32,446 bases of DNA from Chiloscyllium plagiosum (taxonomy: Eukaryota), in the NCBI RefSeq assembly GCF_004010195.1, contig NC_057756.1:8848921-8881366 (forward strand), written 5' to 3'. The position numbers were made by a program, and so were the translations under genes. A model generated the notes under the pieces. It was not told the DNA's origin and made no database searches. It was given only the letters and a program-made list of their open reading frames with translations. Below, piece by piece: positions 32,260 through 32,446 of this stretch (the first letter of the stretch is position 1; each line of letters begins with the position of its first letter).

Positions 32260-32446
32260 CACACTTAATGGTAAGGTACTAGGGAATGTTGCTGAACAAA
32301 GAGACCTTGGAGTGCAGGTTCATAGCTTCTTGAAAGTGGAGTCGCAGGTAGATAGGATAGTGAAGAAGGTGTTTGGTCTGCTTTCTTTTATTGGTCAGAG
32401 TATTGAGTACAGGAGTTGGGAGGTCATGTTGCGGCTGTACAGGACT
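32260..32446 (+). mobile_element. CR1 LINE ORF2 fragment running off the window
   Basis: [62 protein letters not shown]. Confidence 0.9.

Overview
Repeat-rich vertebrate genomic DNA. The HE1-type tRNA-derived SINEs and the CR1, Tx1 and Penelope-like fragments point to a shark or other elasmobranch (inferred). There are four N gaps: 5135-5634, 6187-7164, 21077-21429 and 24294-25107. I assembled two plus-strand, multi-exon immune-type genes by hand from splice sites and intron phases; the ORF track shows only pieces of them. Gene 1 (CDS 6027-13331, 6 exons, 252 aa) is a complete type I membrane protein: split leader, one B7/butyrophilin-like IgV domain, Pro/Thr stalk, Gly-rich TM and a Tyr-free tail with a PTAP motif. 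Gene 2 (from 22934, running off the right edge) is the most notable feature. It has a leader split by a 36-nt mini-exon, a group B SRCR domain, then LILR/KIR/A1BG/IGSF1-type C2 Ig domains, i.e. a scavenger-receptor/LRC-type hybrid. Its first Ig exon has a dead splice donor (ATAAGT), which predicts either in-frame skipping or a secreted read-through form. The rest is nested transposon debris, including two Penelope-type minimal hammerhead motifs, Tx1 insertions with target-site duplications, a solo LTR and several minisatellites. Family assignments come from motif recognition only; no searches were run.
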